Shown here in pieces: positions 10,406 to 21,500 of a stretch of DNA of 64,000 nt. The stretch is from positions 62,001 to 126,000 of the IMG/VR virus record IMGVR_UViG_3300045923_000041. One strand, written 5' to 3'. Below the pieces are notes generated by a model, which did no database searches, was not told where the DNA came from, and saw only the letters and a program-made list of their open reading frames with translations. Origin of the DNA: an uncultured virus (IMG/VR IMGVR_UViG_3300045923_000041) (Duplodnaviria; Heunggongvirae; Uroviricota; Caudoviricetes). The position numbers and the translations under genes were made by a program. Position 1 is the stretch's first letter; each line of letters opens with the position of its first letter.

Positions 10406-11554
10406 TCACCCGGTGAGGACGAAGCCGCTGAGCGACTGCCGAATGAGACCCTGCTGGGCAGTCGAACCAAGCAGGTTGAGTGGTTGGGGCAGAATCAAAC
10501 CGCGAGTGATCTGAATCGGCTTGGTTGATCGGTTCTGTATCGTCATCGACACGTAGAGCAGCGTTGGATCGGACGTGTCTTGAGTGACCGTCGTCTGAAG
10601 GAGCCTGTAGGGGTACTCCTCGTCAGAGAGGTACTGCCCGACGACCGTCTCCTGTTGCTGCTTGATTGACTGCCAGCGGGTGAACGTCGTCGTGATGTCC
10701 GTCACGATCTGGTTCTGAAGGATGCTGCCGTTCGCGATCTTCTTGCCAACGGTATCGACGATGTACGTCCCGTACCACGTGTGGAACGGGTTGGACCCGC
10801 GCCGCGTGAACATGAGCTTCTGGGTCTCTTGGAGAAGCAGAGCTTCGTCCGTGACGTTCGCTGTCTCGCCTGTGTTGCCGTAGCGCCAGTCGTTCTCGTA
10901 GTTCAGCCCACCGCACCGCCGGCAGTCCTGGTACTGCGTCGTGTACGAGACCTGTACGAAGTCGTTGTAGCCCTTGAGGGGCTCATCGAAGACGATGAGA
11001 CGCGTCGGCCGCGGTGACACTGAGGTCGAGGGATCGATGACCAGGCTCCACCCTGGCGCCACCTGACGTCCTCGATACTCGCGGCCGGTCTGGATGCCGA
11101 ACGTAGCCGCCAGAGTGCTTGTCGAGCTGACGTAGATGCTTGCCCCCGTGCCCATCCCTGCGGTCACGAGGCCGATCTGCGAACCATTGGTCGTGAAGGC
11201 GAACTCAGTCCCAGCCTGCTGGTTCAAGATCTGAATGAGCTGGCCAGCCTGCATACGGTTGGTCGCCGGAGCAGTGATGGTGATGGACGGCCCCTGATTC
11301 ACTGAGACCACCATCGTGTCGTTGACCCCGGTCGTGATGGTGAACGGCCCCACAACCGTCCCCGTCGTCGAGGCTGGAACCTGCACGCCGTACGAGGGGA
11401 TCTGGTAGGAGCCGTTGTACAGAACCGAGACCGACTGGATGTTCGAGATCGGCTTGAGCGGCACCACCGTCTGGTGGTCGAGGGGGCTCACGAAAAGCGC
11501 CTCGTCCACGACGAAGTGTGGGCACACCTGGTCGATCTGGCGGTCGTAGCTCAC
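10406..11554 (-). CDS. Sheath initiator / gp25-like wedge protein with N-terminal extension
   Basis: C-terminal LLQETQKLMFTRRGSNPFHTWYGT matches the gp25/gpW signature; immediately upstream of J. Confidence 0.75.
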   Translation of the reverse strand: MSYDRQIDQVCPHFVVDEALFVSPLDHQTVVPLKPISNIQSVSVLYNGSYQIPSYGVQVPASTTGTVVGPFTITTGVNDTMVVSVNQGPSITITAPATNRMQAGQLIQILNQQAGTEFAFTTNGSQIGLVTAGMGTGASIYVSSTSTLAATFGIQTGREYRGRQVAPGWSLVIDPSTSVSPRPTRLIVFDEPLKGYNDFVQVSYTTQYQDCRRCGGLNYENDWRYGNTGETANVTDEALLLQETQKLMFTRRGSNPFHTWYGTYIVDTVGKKIANGSILQNQIVTDITTTFTRWQSIKQQQETVVGQYLSDEEYPYRLLQTTVTQDTSDPTLLYVSMTIQNRSTKPIQITRGLILPQPLNLLGSTAQQGLIRQSLSGFVLTG

Positions 11555-12297
11555 TGGCTGTCCAATCCGTCGTTGGGGGTCACGTAGCCCTGGAAGGCGC
11601 GGTAGAACCCATCGACCACGGTACGAGCCGGCCCCGGTTCGAGGCCGATGTACGGCGCGTAGGCGTAGTTGCCGGTCGGGTCCTGCCCCTTGTCGTCAGC
11701 GATGGCGCGGTAGTTCTGGCTGGTGATGAGGGCGTTGATCGCAGCGATGAGATTGGCGAGGGACCCTGTGGTCGTCGCATCCCCCTGGATGGTGTTGAGG
11801 AGCTGCGCCTCGGCTGCGAGCTGGTCGGCGTAGTCGAGAGCGCGGCGGATCTTGCGCTCGATGGCCTCCCGCTTGTACTGGATGCTGTCGTTCATCCACG
11901 CGCGGATCTGCTGCACGGGGATGGCCGAGTCGGCATCCATGAGCCCTTGCGTGCCCACGACCTTGCCGTTGCTGATGAGCTGCGCCGAATGGGACTCATC
12001 CCCCTTCATGAGGAAGAGCGCTTGCGTCTGCGACTGACGAAGAGGCAGGTCGTAGAACGCGTCACCCCCAAGGATCTCGTAGACCGCGAACAGACGTCCG
12101 ATATACGAGTCCGGGTCGCTGACGGCATAGCTGACCACCACGGACTGGTTGAACTGGAACAGAACGTTCCCCACCCGGGCCTGCTCCGCCGCAAGGTGGG
12201 CCAGCCGTCCAGGGATGTCCGCAAGCTGCGCTTGCGCGAACGTCTGGAGCCGCTTGAATTGCGACGCATTGAACGTTCCCAAGAAGTCCCAAGCCAA
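11551..12297 (-). CDS. Hypothetical helical baseplate-region protein (TTG start)
   Basis: 248-aa ORF, AGGAG upstream of TTG, stop overlaps the next start (4-nt overlap). Confidence 0.7.
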   Translation of the reverse strand: MAWDFLGTFNASQFKRLQTFAQAQLADIPGRLAHLAAEQARVGNVLFQFNQSVVVSYAVSDPDSYIGRLFAVYEILGGDAFYDLPLRQSQTQALFLMKGDESHSAQLISNGKVVGTQGLMDADSAIPVQQIRAWMNDSIQYKREAIERKIRRALDYADQLAAEAQLLNTIQGDATTTGSLANLIAAINALITSQNYRAIADDKGQDPTGNYAYAPYIGLEPGPARTVVDGFYRAFQGYVTPNDGLDSQ

Positions 12298-12299
12298 AA

Positions 12300-13079
12300 C
12301 TAACTCCTCGCGTGACGGGTCAGGTACTCAGCAGCTCGTAGAAGAAGGTCAGGGACGTCCTTGAAAAACCCCAAGCCTCTGTTGCAATGGGCGCACAAGA
12401 GGGATCGCATTTTGCCGGTGCGGTGGTCGTGATCGGCATGAACAGAATTTGGGTTTTTCCCGGTCTTGGACATCGGGGTGCGACAGATGGCGCAGCACCC
12501 TTCCTGCGCCTGCCACATCTGCTCGAACTGCCCAGACGACCATCCAGAACGGCGACGCCTCTCAGCGTCAAGCCGTTCCTTTCGGTACACTTCGTCGTTT
12601 TGGTACTTGGCCCCGTTCACCTCTGACGTACAACTTCGGCAGACGGAAGTACGACAGCCCTCCCCGTAAAAGGCCCCACGGGGCAGATCGTTTCTACAGA
12701 CCGAGCAAACCTTAGTCGGCTTGGAGGGTTTGGGGGTCCGACCAGAGGGACGTCTTGCAATACCCTGTCGCAGCAAGACATTCCGAATGGTGCCAACCGA
12801 TAGCTTGTGATGTGTTGCGAGGGTCTCCAGAGACAAACCCCTTTGGTACCCTTCTGCAATAGCCAGAGCGGTCTCTGAACTGACCTTCGATCCCACTGGT
12901 CGCGTTAGACGACCATGCACCTCTTCGGCGCTGAGAGGGTAGTCCCTCAACCAAACGCTCAAGGATGCGGTGGAGACACCCGTGCATCTTGAAATGTCTG
13001 CAAGAGACAGGCGTTCTTCCAGACGTAGCCGGAGAGCTTCCGCCTTCTCCTCGGACGTTCTACGGACCCCTCTGGGCAT
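12300..13079 (-). mobile_element. Free-standing homing endonuclease: HTH domains plus endonuclease VII (HNH-fold) domain
   Basis: CSVC..CRSC zinc motif, then CCAIC...VHADHDHRTGKMRSLLCAHCNRGLGFFKD (EndoVII signature); two N-terminal HTH-like segments; visibly more AT-rich codon usage than the neighbours. Confidence 0.85.
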
Positions 13080-13092
13080 TGAATCCCCTGTT

Positions 13093-13116
13093 GATAAAGG
13101 GAGCCCATAAAGAGAA
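13093..13116 (-). promoter_or_regulatory. Two tandem copies of the putative late-promoter motif upstream of the endonuclease
   Basis: Minus strand reads TTCTCTTTATGGG-CTCCCTTTATC. Confidence 0.55.
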
Positions 13117-13122
13117 AAGCCG

Positions 13123-15351
13123 TTAGAAGATCAGGCCAAAGGCCGTAGCAAAGGGCCCGGGATCCACGGCCACGTACGCCAGGGCGATACCGGCCGAGTA
13201 GCCCCCCGGCCCGCTCGGGGGGACGGTCCCGGTCGCGTTGTCGATCTGGGAGAACCAGTCGAAGACGCTTCCGCTGCTCTGAACCGAGAGCAGGTAGAAC
13301 CCCACGGACAGGCTGAGGATGAAGTCGAGGATGCTGATCAGGAACTCGATGAACTGCTCCAAGACCGTGATCTTGCGCTCGATAGCGGAGATGAACTCCG
13401 CGATCTCCTCGAAGATCCCCTTGAAGGCGTCCACGAGAGCCTGAATCTTGGCGATCAGGTCGTATACGAGCTGACCCACCCAGGGGATGAGATCCCTCAA
13501 GATGCTGATCCGAACCCAGTCCGGCGGCACACCCCCATGCAGGAAGTTCGTCACGTACTGGAGCGCGAACTGAATGTTCTTGCGGCAGCTCGGATCCTTG
13601 TACGCTGCGATGTACGCCTGGTAGGTGTCGAGGGTGTAGTTACCGTCCGCGTCGAGAGCGATGATGTTCGCGCAGAGCTGTTGAAGGTTCGTCGCGTCCT
13701 TGATCTGCCGAACCGATGGCGTCAGGGGTCCACGTGGGAAGGCCCCCTGCATGACTTGCTGGAAGCCGGAAGTGGCTGCATAGCCCTGCTCCAAGAAGGC
13801 CGAGCCCACGACGCCCGCAAGGCGGTTCGCCTGTAGACGTACGAGCTTGTTCTGGAAAGGCTGCTGTACTTCCACGCCGCCGTTCGTAGGAAGTGGCGAG
13901 TTGGGGGTCAGGGCGCTGACCGTAGCGTTGTCAGCGTTGGACGTGACCTCCGGTTGCAGGAGGAGACCCCCAAGAACGCCCGCGTACCGGGTGAGGGTGC
14001 CCTTACCGATGGCCCAAGGCGGGGTAGTTCCCGTGGGGTTGCCCGCGGCATCGAAGGTGTCCTGTGGGACGCTCGCCCCCGTACCGTCCTTTTGCCCGGC
14101 CTGTGTGACCGGCGCCTGGAAGTTGAGCGCGAAGCCTGCGATGAACAGGTTCGTGAGGTTCTGAATGACGTCGAAGTTCGGCGGGATTTTGGGGACTCTG
14201 ACGCGGAAGATGCCGCTCGGGTTGCCCACGACAACGTTATCCCCCGGCCACGGCAAGTACCACTTGCGAGTCTTGGGGTTCTGTAGAGGGGTAGTGGCCC
14301 AGTTGAGCTGCGTCCCGTTGATGTCCAAAGTGCCCGTGTAGGCGCGCAGACGGTAGTAGTAGGTCTGATCCGACTGGATGTTCTCCGTGTCGAACCACTG
14401 GATGAAGCCGAGTTCCCCGATGAGCCCATTGAGGATCGTCGTGAGGATGTTCCCGCTGTCGTCTCCGAGCGTGAGCGTTTGGTACGTGTCGAACTTGATG
14501 ATCGGCTCACCATGGTCGTCGGTGAGGTGGATCGTCTGGTTGTAGAACTGTCCCGGGATACCGCGAGTCTCGTGCAGCGTGGGCACGCTTGCCGTGACGC
14601 GACCGACACCACTAGCGCCAACGTCGATGTCGTTGTTGATGGGGGTCGAGCTGCGTTCGATGAGCCACTGCGGCGGGATGAACTCGTTGGCAACGATACC
14701 CGCGAGGTCCGTGAATCCGGGGTCGGGGGGCTGCATACCACCGCCAAGAGTCCACGAGAGCGAGACTGCGTTGGCCTGAATCGAGAACGCCTTCGCGAGG
14801 CTGTTGATCGGTTGGACGGGAGTGGTGTTGTTGTTGACCGGGAAGATCTTCACGTTCGCCGGCGCAGCGAAGCGCGGCATGATGAAATCGCGAGAGAAGA
14901 ACTTGAGCAGGATCTTGATGAGACGCAGGAGTCCGACCGGGCCGACCGCATCCGCGACGAGCAAGATGAATCCGCTCTGTGTCGCCCCTGCGATGGGCTG
15001 CGGACGGTTCGGGTCACGCGAGTCGAGCAGCGATCCCTTGAACCGGCCCGTGAACGCTTGGTAGCCGCCCACGTACTTGAAGAAGTTGGGGTCTTTCGTT
15101 GGGTCTGGGATGTCGAAGTAGGCGTAGAGCCCTGTCTGATCGAGCGCCTGGACGAGGGTCTCGATGAGCTGGATGAGGGCCTTGACGAGCGCCTCGATGG
15201 GGTTGAGCAGCGCGAGAAGAAACGCCTTGACCGTTTCGAGGATGGTCTTGAGCACTTCCAGGAAAACGAGAAGCGTCTCCAGAACGTTCCGCACCGGCTC
15301 CAGGAGGTCCTGGCCGGGGAGCTGAATAGAGAAGCCTTCCCAGGATGCCAT
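13123..15351 (-). CDS. Baseplate-region protein with long amphipathic helices at both termini (742 aa)
   Basis: N-terminal LETLLVFLEVLKTILETVKAFLL... and C-terminal LIAKIQALVDAFKGIFEEIAEFI... flank an FN3-like beta region (QTYYYRLRAY). Confidence 0.6.
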   Translation of the reverse strand: MASWEGFSIQLPGQDLLEPVRNVLETLLVFLEVLKTILETVKAFLLALLNPIEALVKALIQLIETLVQALDQTGLYAYFDIPDPTKDPNFFKYVGGYQAFTGRFKGSLLDSRDPNRPQPIAGATQSGFILLVADAVGPVGLLRLIKILLKFFSRDFIMPRFAAPANVKIFPVNNNTTPVQPINSLAKAFSIQANAVSLSWTLGGGMQPPDPGFTDLAGIVANEFIPPQWLIERSSTPINNDIDVGASGVGRVTASVPTLHETRGIPGQFYNQTIHLTDDHGEPIIKFDTYQTLTLGDDSGNILTTILNGLIGELGFIQWFDTENIQSDQTYYYRLRAYTGTLDINGTQLNWATTPLQNPKTRKWYLPWPGDNVVVGNPSGIFRVRVPKIPPNFDVIQNLTNLFIAGFALNFQAPVTQAGQKDGTGASVPQDTFDAAGNPTGTTPPWAIGKGTLTRYAGVLGGLLLQPEVTSNADNATVSALTPNSPLPTNGGVEVQQPFQNKLVRLQANRLAGVVGSAFLEQGYAATSGFQQVMQGAFPRGPLTPSVRQIKDATNLQQLCANIIALDADGNYTLDTYQAYIAAYKDPSCRKNIQFALQYVTNFLHGGVPPDWVRISILRDLIPWVGQLVYDLIAKIQALVDAFKGIFEEIAEFISAIERKITVLEQFIEFLISILDFILSLSVGFYLLSVQSSGSVFDWFSQIDNATGTVPPSGPGGYSAGIALAYVAVDPGPFATAFGLIF

Positions 15352-15354
15352 CTG

Positions 15355-15576
15355 TCATGCCCCGTACGTGAGCTTGCGCAACTTCTTGCGCTGGCGGTCG
15401 ATCTCCAACCGCGTGGTCTTGATCGTCTCGTTGATGATCGTGCGCATGTGGCCGATGATGGCGAATTCCTGCTTGTACTGCCACTGCGCCCGAGGCTCAG
15501 CAGCGGCCTCAGGTTCAGGAGCAGGCGCCTCGGGGGCCGCCGCTTGCTCTTCGGGGATCTTGGGTTCGTCGCTCAT
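15355..15576 (-). CDS. Small hypothetical protein (73 aa)
   Basis: ATGA overlap with the upstream stop and a 3-nt gap to the next gene. Confidence 0.7.
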   Translation of the reverse strand: MSDEPKIPEEQAAAPEAPAPEPEAAAEPRAQWQYKQEFAIIGHMRTIINETIKTTRLEIDRQRKKLRKLTYGA

Positions 15577-18500
15577 GCCGCCTGTACCGCCAGAATCATG
15601 AGTAGTTGGTTGAGAATGTTCGCTTGAGCCGCGATGCGGTTCGTGATCGCAACAGCCTCTTGAATCAGCAAGCCGCTCTGCTGGTCGATGCGGGCGTCAA
15701 TCCAGGTGTACCGTGCGTCATACAAACGGTCTGTGCCAGTCAAAGCGTTCTCGATGAGCGCTATGGGTCCGGTCGCTGGGTTGGTCAGGTAGTTCACACG
15801 GTTCTGCACCACAGTGTGCCGTGCCGTGAGGTCCGTGGCCAAGAAACCCCAGGCCACCGCTTGAGCGTCCCCCACGACCGGCACTGAGGTGGTGAGGAGC
15901 GTCTGCCATGTGGTGGTCGTCGTGACGAAGGTCGTGTTCTGCGCGAGAATGCTGAACACGTTCGTAAGCGTCGTGAAGCTCAGGCCAAACGTGCTCACGA
16001 TCTGGTAGGTCGTCGGAATCGCGGCCGTGAAGTTCTGCGTTGTCGTCAGCACGTGCGGCGGGGTCGTGCTCGCGATCTGGTAGATGCCAGCGTTCGAGCC
16101 GCTAGGCACGTACACGTAGTCGGACCCCGTCACCTCCGTGAAGTCCTGCGTGCTGTCCGTCAGGGTGGTGGGCAGCGTAACGGTGCCCGTGCTCGGTCCT
16201 ACGACCACCGTGAAGGCATCCGTGAAGAACTGGTTGATCGCTGCCTCTTCGGTCGTCCCGATCGTGACCAGCTCTTGAGACACTGCCGCGAGGAGCGATT
16301 GGTAGAAGAACCCGTCGTACGTCGCGAGGGTGTTGTCCACGCGATAGGAGAACGCCGAGTCGGTCGTCAGGGATTGGTCGAGCGTGACGGAGTTCGAGGC
16401 ATTGTACGTGGCGATGTTCCGGCGAAGACCCGCGTTCGCGCCCGTAGTCACAACAATCGTGTACCCGACCATAGACGCACTGAATGGCGTGCCGGAATCC
16501 GTGAAGGCTGTGCCAGTGACGGATCCAGAGAGGGTCTCGACGAGGCTCGACGTCGTGGTCACAACCTCGAACGAGAAGGGGTTCGGGTCGTACGTGAAGG
16601 GCTCGGACGGGGCGACGAACAATGCTGTAGTGGTGCTGCCGGTTCCGGCGTGGTGGAAAGAGGACCCTGCGTTCACACCCGTCAGGATGCGCACGAGGTC
16701 GTATTGCTTGGGGGCTCCCGGGAAGGTGCCGGACGTGAGCGTGATGTGCAGACCGCTGACGTCGATGGTGCCGGTCCCGACGAAGGGCAGCGCCAAGGTC
16801 TGCAAGTTCGTGATCTGCGCCAGCTCGCTGTTGAGCGGGCCGCCCCCTGCTTCCGTGGTCTCGCCATTGAATAGCGGGCCGACGAGCGGGATCGCTTGGT
16901 CACCATCGTCATCAACGGTGCCGCCATCGAGCGCAGGGAAGCGATAGGGTGCAACGTTCGTTGCGAAGAGGCCAGCACCGTAGACCTGAAGAATGTCCCC
17001 GCTCGTGGTCCCGAGCTGCACGGGGTAGATGAGCAGGAACTTGGGGATAATGGTGGTCGGCAGGGTACCGTCGAACGGGAAGTGCCGCTTCTTGTAGCGG
17101 ATCTCCCCAGTGCCAAGGTCGCAGTCCACGTCCTTGCCGAACTGGTAGACCATCTGGTAGCCGCCGCTGCCAGGCGGGTCGTTGCCGCCCGAGAGCATCG
17201 AGTTGGCATCGGAGGGGGACATCGTGATGGTCGCCCCGGCAGGTATCTCGAAAGCGGAGCCGCCGCTCAATGTGATGGTTTGAGGGGTGCCGCCCGAGAT
17301 AGCGGTGACCGTGACGTTTGCTGAGGCCGGGATGTACGAGTTGCCGAGAGACTCGTTGTGCGTCGGATCCTCGACGACCACCTTCATCGGGGAGTTGGGA
17401 CCGCTAGTCGGGAACGCAGGGCGCTGGAGCGCATCGTTGGTCCCAGTCGCGTTGTCCACGGCGAAGACCGTGTTGCCAGGCGGGTAGGGCTGGAGGATCT
17501 GAGCACGGGGCGCCCGACGCGAGACCTGCGAAGGCAGAGACGAGAGGTTCGAGAAGGTCAACTTCGCGACCGTATCTCCGTCGTTGGGGCCGCTCGCGTC
17601 CTGGCACGGTGAGGTTGTGAACAGGTTCCGGCGTGTCGTGAAGAAGCGGCTGTAGGGACCAGCGATGTAGAGCTTCTGGTACGTGCCGTTGGGGAGCGGG
17701 AACGGCGAGACCTGCACGAGGTCGTCAATCTGGTTGAGCGCATCCGCGGGCGAGGACACCGTGCGGCCGATGACCCCATCGAACTTGAAGAGACCGTCAT
17801 GGTCGCCTACCACACGCCCGTCGAAGGCCGCGAGCACCGCTTCGAGGTCGTTGACGATGGTGTTGTAGTAGGTGAGGGTCGAGCGAGCGATGATGTCCTG
17901 GTTGGCCAGGTGCCCCTCGGAGTAGTAGATCGATTGACGGCCCTGGCTGTAGAGCTGGGGAGACGACGAGTTCGAGGTCTGCGGACCGCTCGTGGGCGCG
18001 CCCGAGGTCGAGTCCTGTTGAAGCTCCTGCGCGAACTCCCCTCGGAAGTTCGTCATCGTCTCGACCCGGTAGTAGAAGCTGTCCGGACTGAACGTGTAGT
18101 AGTTCGCCATCAAGCTCTGGTTGAGGAGCCCGTTGGGGGCGCTGGGAGTGATGACGTTCGTGTAGCTCGCCCGGAAGTGCAACCCAGCCTGAACCGTGTA
18201 GTAGCCCGTGTAGAAGATCGAGACTTCCTCACCTGGCTGCAAGGGCACTGTCAAGGTGATGTTGCCCGATGGCTCGATCGTATAGTCGGTCGGCGAGGAG
18301 AGGATCGTTCCGACCTGACCGCCCATACGCCGCCAGACGATGTACGGCTGCGTGAGCACAGGAACGTAGGTGGTCGTGACGACCTTGGCCCCAGCTTCGT
18401 AAATGGGCCGGACAGAGTAACTTAGCGTCTCGACGTCGTACTGAAGGACGGTGTTGCGTGCGAGTGTGATGTTGGTGACGTTGTTCGTCGAGTCGTAGGT

Positions 18501-21500
18501 GACACCCGTCGCCTCGTAGAAATCCTGTTCCGAGCCGGTCGTGAAGAGCAAGATCGTGCCGGTCTTGTACGAGCCCGTACGGTTGCCCGCGATCGTGACC
18601 TGGTTCATCCCGATCGAGACAGGCTCGTAAGAGGCCAGCTCCGTCTGGAAGTACGAAGGGATGAAGACGGTCGGCGTCAGGGGTGTCGGCCCCGAAGCCA
18701 CGTAGAGGGTCGGATTCTGGAAGTCGTCTGTGAAGGACTCGCCGCCCCCAAGGGTTACCGTGGTCATGCCGGTCCCGGCGTCGTACGTAGACGAGCCGAT
18801 CAGATAGACCTGCTGCGTCTCGATGCGCAGGAGGAAACCGGGCGGGAAGCTAGCGGCATAGTTGCCCGCGATCATGAAGTAGGTGTTGTCCGGGATGACC
18901 GAGGGTGCCGTGATGTTCGAGTCGCTGACGATGTTCACCTGGGCGAGATTGATCGGCGGTTGCAGGACCGTCGTCGTCTTCTCGCCACCGATCGCCTCGT
19001 AGACGTAGTAGTCGATGTAGACGTTCTCGATCGGGTTGACGATCGCGCCATGGGGCAGTGCGTTCGTCAGAATGGCGTCCGGTTGGAAGGTGATCGTCGA
19101 GTTGGATGCGTTGACGACACACTGTGTGGGAATGACCTGTGGTCGGCCTCCACGCCAGACGGCTTGCGTGGGGTTCGTTGCAACCGTGCGCCCGAGAGGG
19201 TTGAACTGGAGGGTCGTCGTGGGCACGGGATGCGGCTGGCACAACTCCTTGCGCACGAGAAACGTCATCGGCTCGACGATCACGGTGCTCGGCGCGTTCT
19301 GCGACGTGTACGTGACCAAACCCTCTTCCTCCGCGAGCATGCGGACAGTGAAGGTGATCGTGCCGAGAGCCGGCGTCATCACGTAGTCCACGTTCTGCGT
19401 CAGGAGGCGCACGAAGTAGACGGTCCCACCCGCGGTCACGTCCACCTGCGAGAAGTTCAGGTCGCCAGTCGCGGCGCTGACCTCGACTGTGCCCTGAGGC
19501 AGAGACGACGGACTGGAGAACGCCGCATCGTTTGCGACGACGTTGACGTGCGTGGAAAAGGTCGCGTTCGGCCCCTTGCCGTAGCGGAATCGCACGACAT
19601 TCACGTAGGTCGTCATCACGCTCAGGCGCGGCGAGTTCGTGATCGTGCCGAGGGCTCGGATGCGCTCGACCTTCGTGTTCGGATCGACCAGCTCCACCTC
19701 TTGGAAGAATCGATCCGCCAAGACCTCCTTCGAGGCGAACACCTGGTAGTCGAGGTTCGAAGAGGTGGTACCGGCAACATCCGTGAGGAGCAACGTCGGG
19801 TTGACCGGGGACCCAATCGTGTAGACGCCCTGCGCAGCGCCCGAAGTCACCGCGAGGTACATGCCTGGAAGCACATTGTCCGTGGTGAAGTCAGCGCTCG
19901 TGTCGGTGAAGGACGTCCCGGAGAACGAGCCTGTAGACCCTTCCGCAAGCTGCTCATTCACCTGCGTGAAGGAGAACTGGCCGGCGGTCTCGTCGAAGAG
20001 CCCTCCAAGGCCCGTAGTCGAGACGAACACTCCAGAGCCGGGCGGGCTCTCCGTGAACGGCGTGTAGAAGCCTGAGCCGGGCGCTGTCTCGATGGCGAAG
20101 TTCAGGTTCGACGGGAAGACTAGCGGGTTTGGCAAGACCGCGATGGCGGTCGCTTGCTGTAGCAGCAACGATTGGGTGTTGTAGCGCTGCGCGTACTGAA
20201 GCGTGCCCGTGTCCGAGTCCAAGACATACCCGATGCCCGCAGTGGGGGTCGTCGTCTGGTTCGGGAGGTTGCTGGAGATGAAGCTGCCCGTCCCCTGCTC
20301 GACCATCACCACGAGGGGGTACTGCGTGTACGGGGCGTACGTCGGGTTGTCGATCGGGATGGCAGGCAAGAAGACCTGTGGCATCGCGATGATGGGGGAC
20401 TGGAACGTGGCGTCCGTCACCTGATATATGGCCGAGACGTCCTTGATCGAAGCGTCCGTACCCGCGAGGTCCACGGGGCACCTGAAGAACCGCATCGACA
20501 CGCCGCGCTCAACCGGAAGGTCTCCGGAGACCATCTGGAGCGTCTGGCCGCCGTACAGGAGGCGATCCGCCTGCGAGAACTGAATCTGGCCCGTCGTCGG
20601 GTCGTACTGGACCTGCCCTTGTTTGCCGACTGCACTGAACGAGGCAACCGGAGTGGCTACCGCTTCCTCGAACTGGACGACGCCAGGGACGCGGAAGATG
20701 ATGTCCCCGCCCGGCGCCGGGATGGGGCTCAAGACGCTCGCCTGGGGCGATGTGTTGCCGACCAGGTTGATGGTGCCGAGGTTCTGGACCGGCAGCGTCA
20801 GGTTCGCCGAGATGAGCACCCCATCGTAGTAGACGGGGGTCCCTGCGTTGTTGGTGATGTCGGTCGAGTTGAACTTGAGCAGCCCGGTGGTCGTGTTCCA
20901 CTCGACGGTGCCGATCGTTGGGTTCGGTGAGAAGGTCGAGACGCCGATCGCCTGCAAGTAGAGCCCGTATCCGATCCGGAGCAGCGGGTACTGCGACGTT
21001 CCAGGGATGGGGGTGAGCAGGAGCGAGTTGTTGCCGATGTCCCCGATGTTGCCGTTCGACTGTTGCGTGGTGAACGGCGCCTGTTGCTGGAACAGGATGG
21101 GCTGCCCCTGGTAGGACGGGTTCGTCAGGTCAGTTGTGTTCCAGAGAAGCTGACCCGCCGTCGAGCCGGTCGTGATCATCTGCACGTTGCCCGGCGCGGG
21201 CGTCGTGAAGCTGGTCACGAGCGTCAGGGTGAACGTGAAGATGGGAGCGGCGGGGGTACCTATCGACAACCGGAACGGGGCAACGGCCGGCGACGTTGAG
21301 GTGTTGCTGATCTGAACGGGAGCCTTGACCGTCGAGGTATTCAACGTGGGGCCGAACAACCCGAGGTTGAGGGGTGTGCTGCCAGGCAAGGGACGGAACT
21401 GCTGGTGCTTGCCGTCGTACGTGAAGCGCTGGATGGCCGCCTCTCCGACGACGAAGCCCTCGTTCTTCGTCCACCCAAAGGTAGCCGAAGGGAGCTTCCC

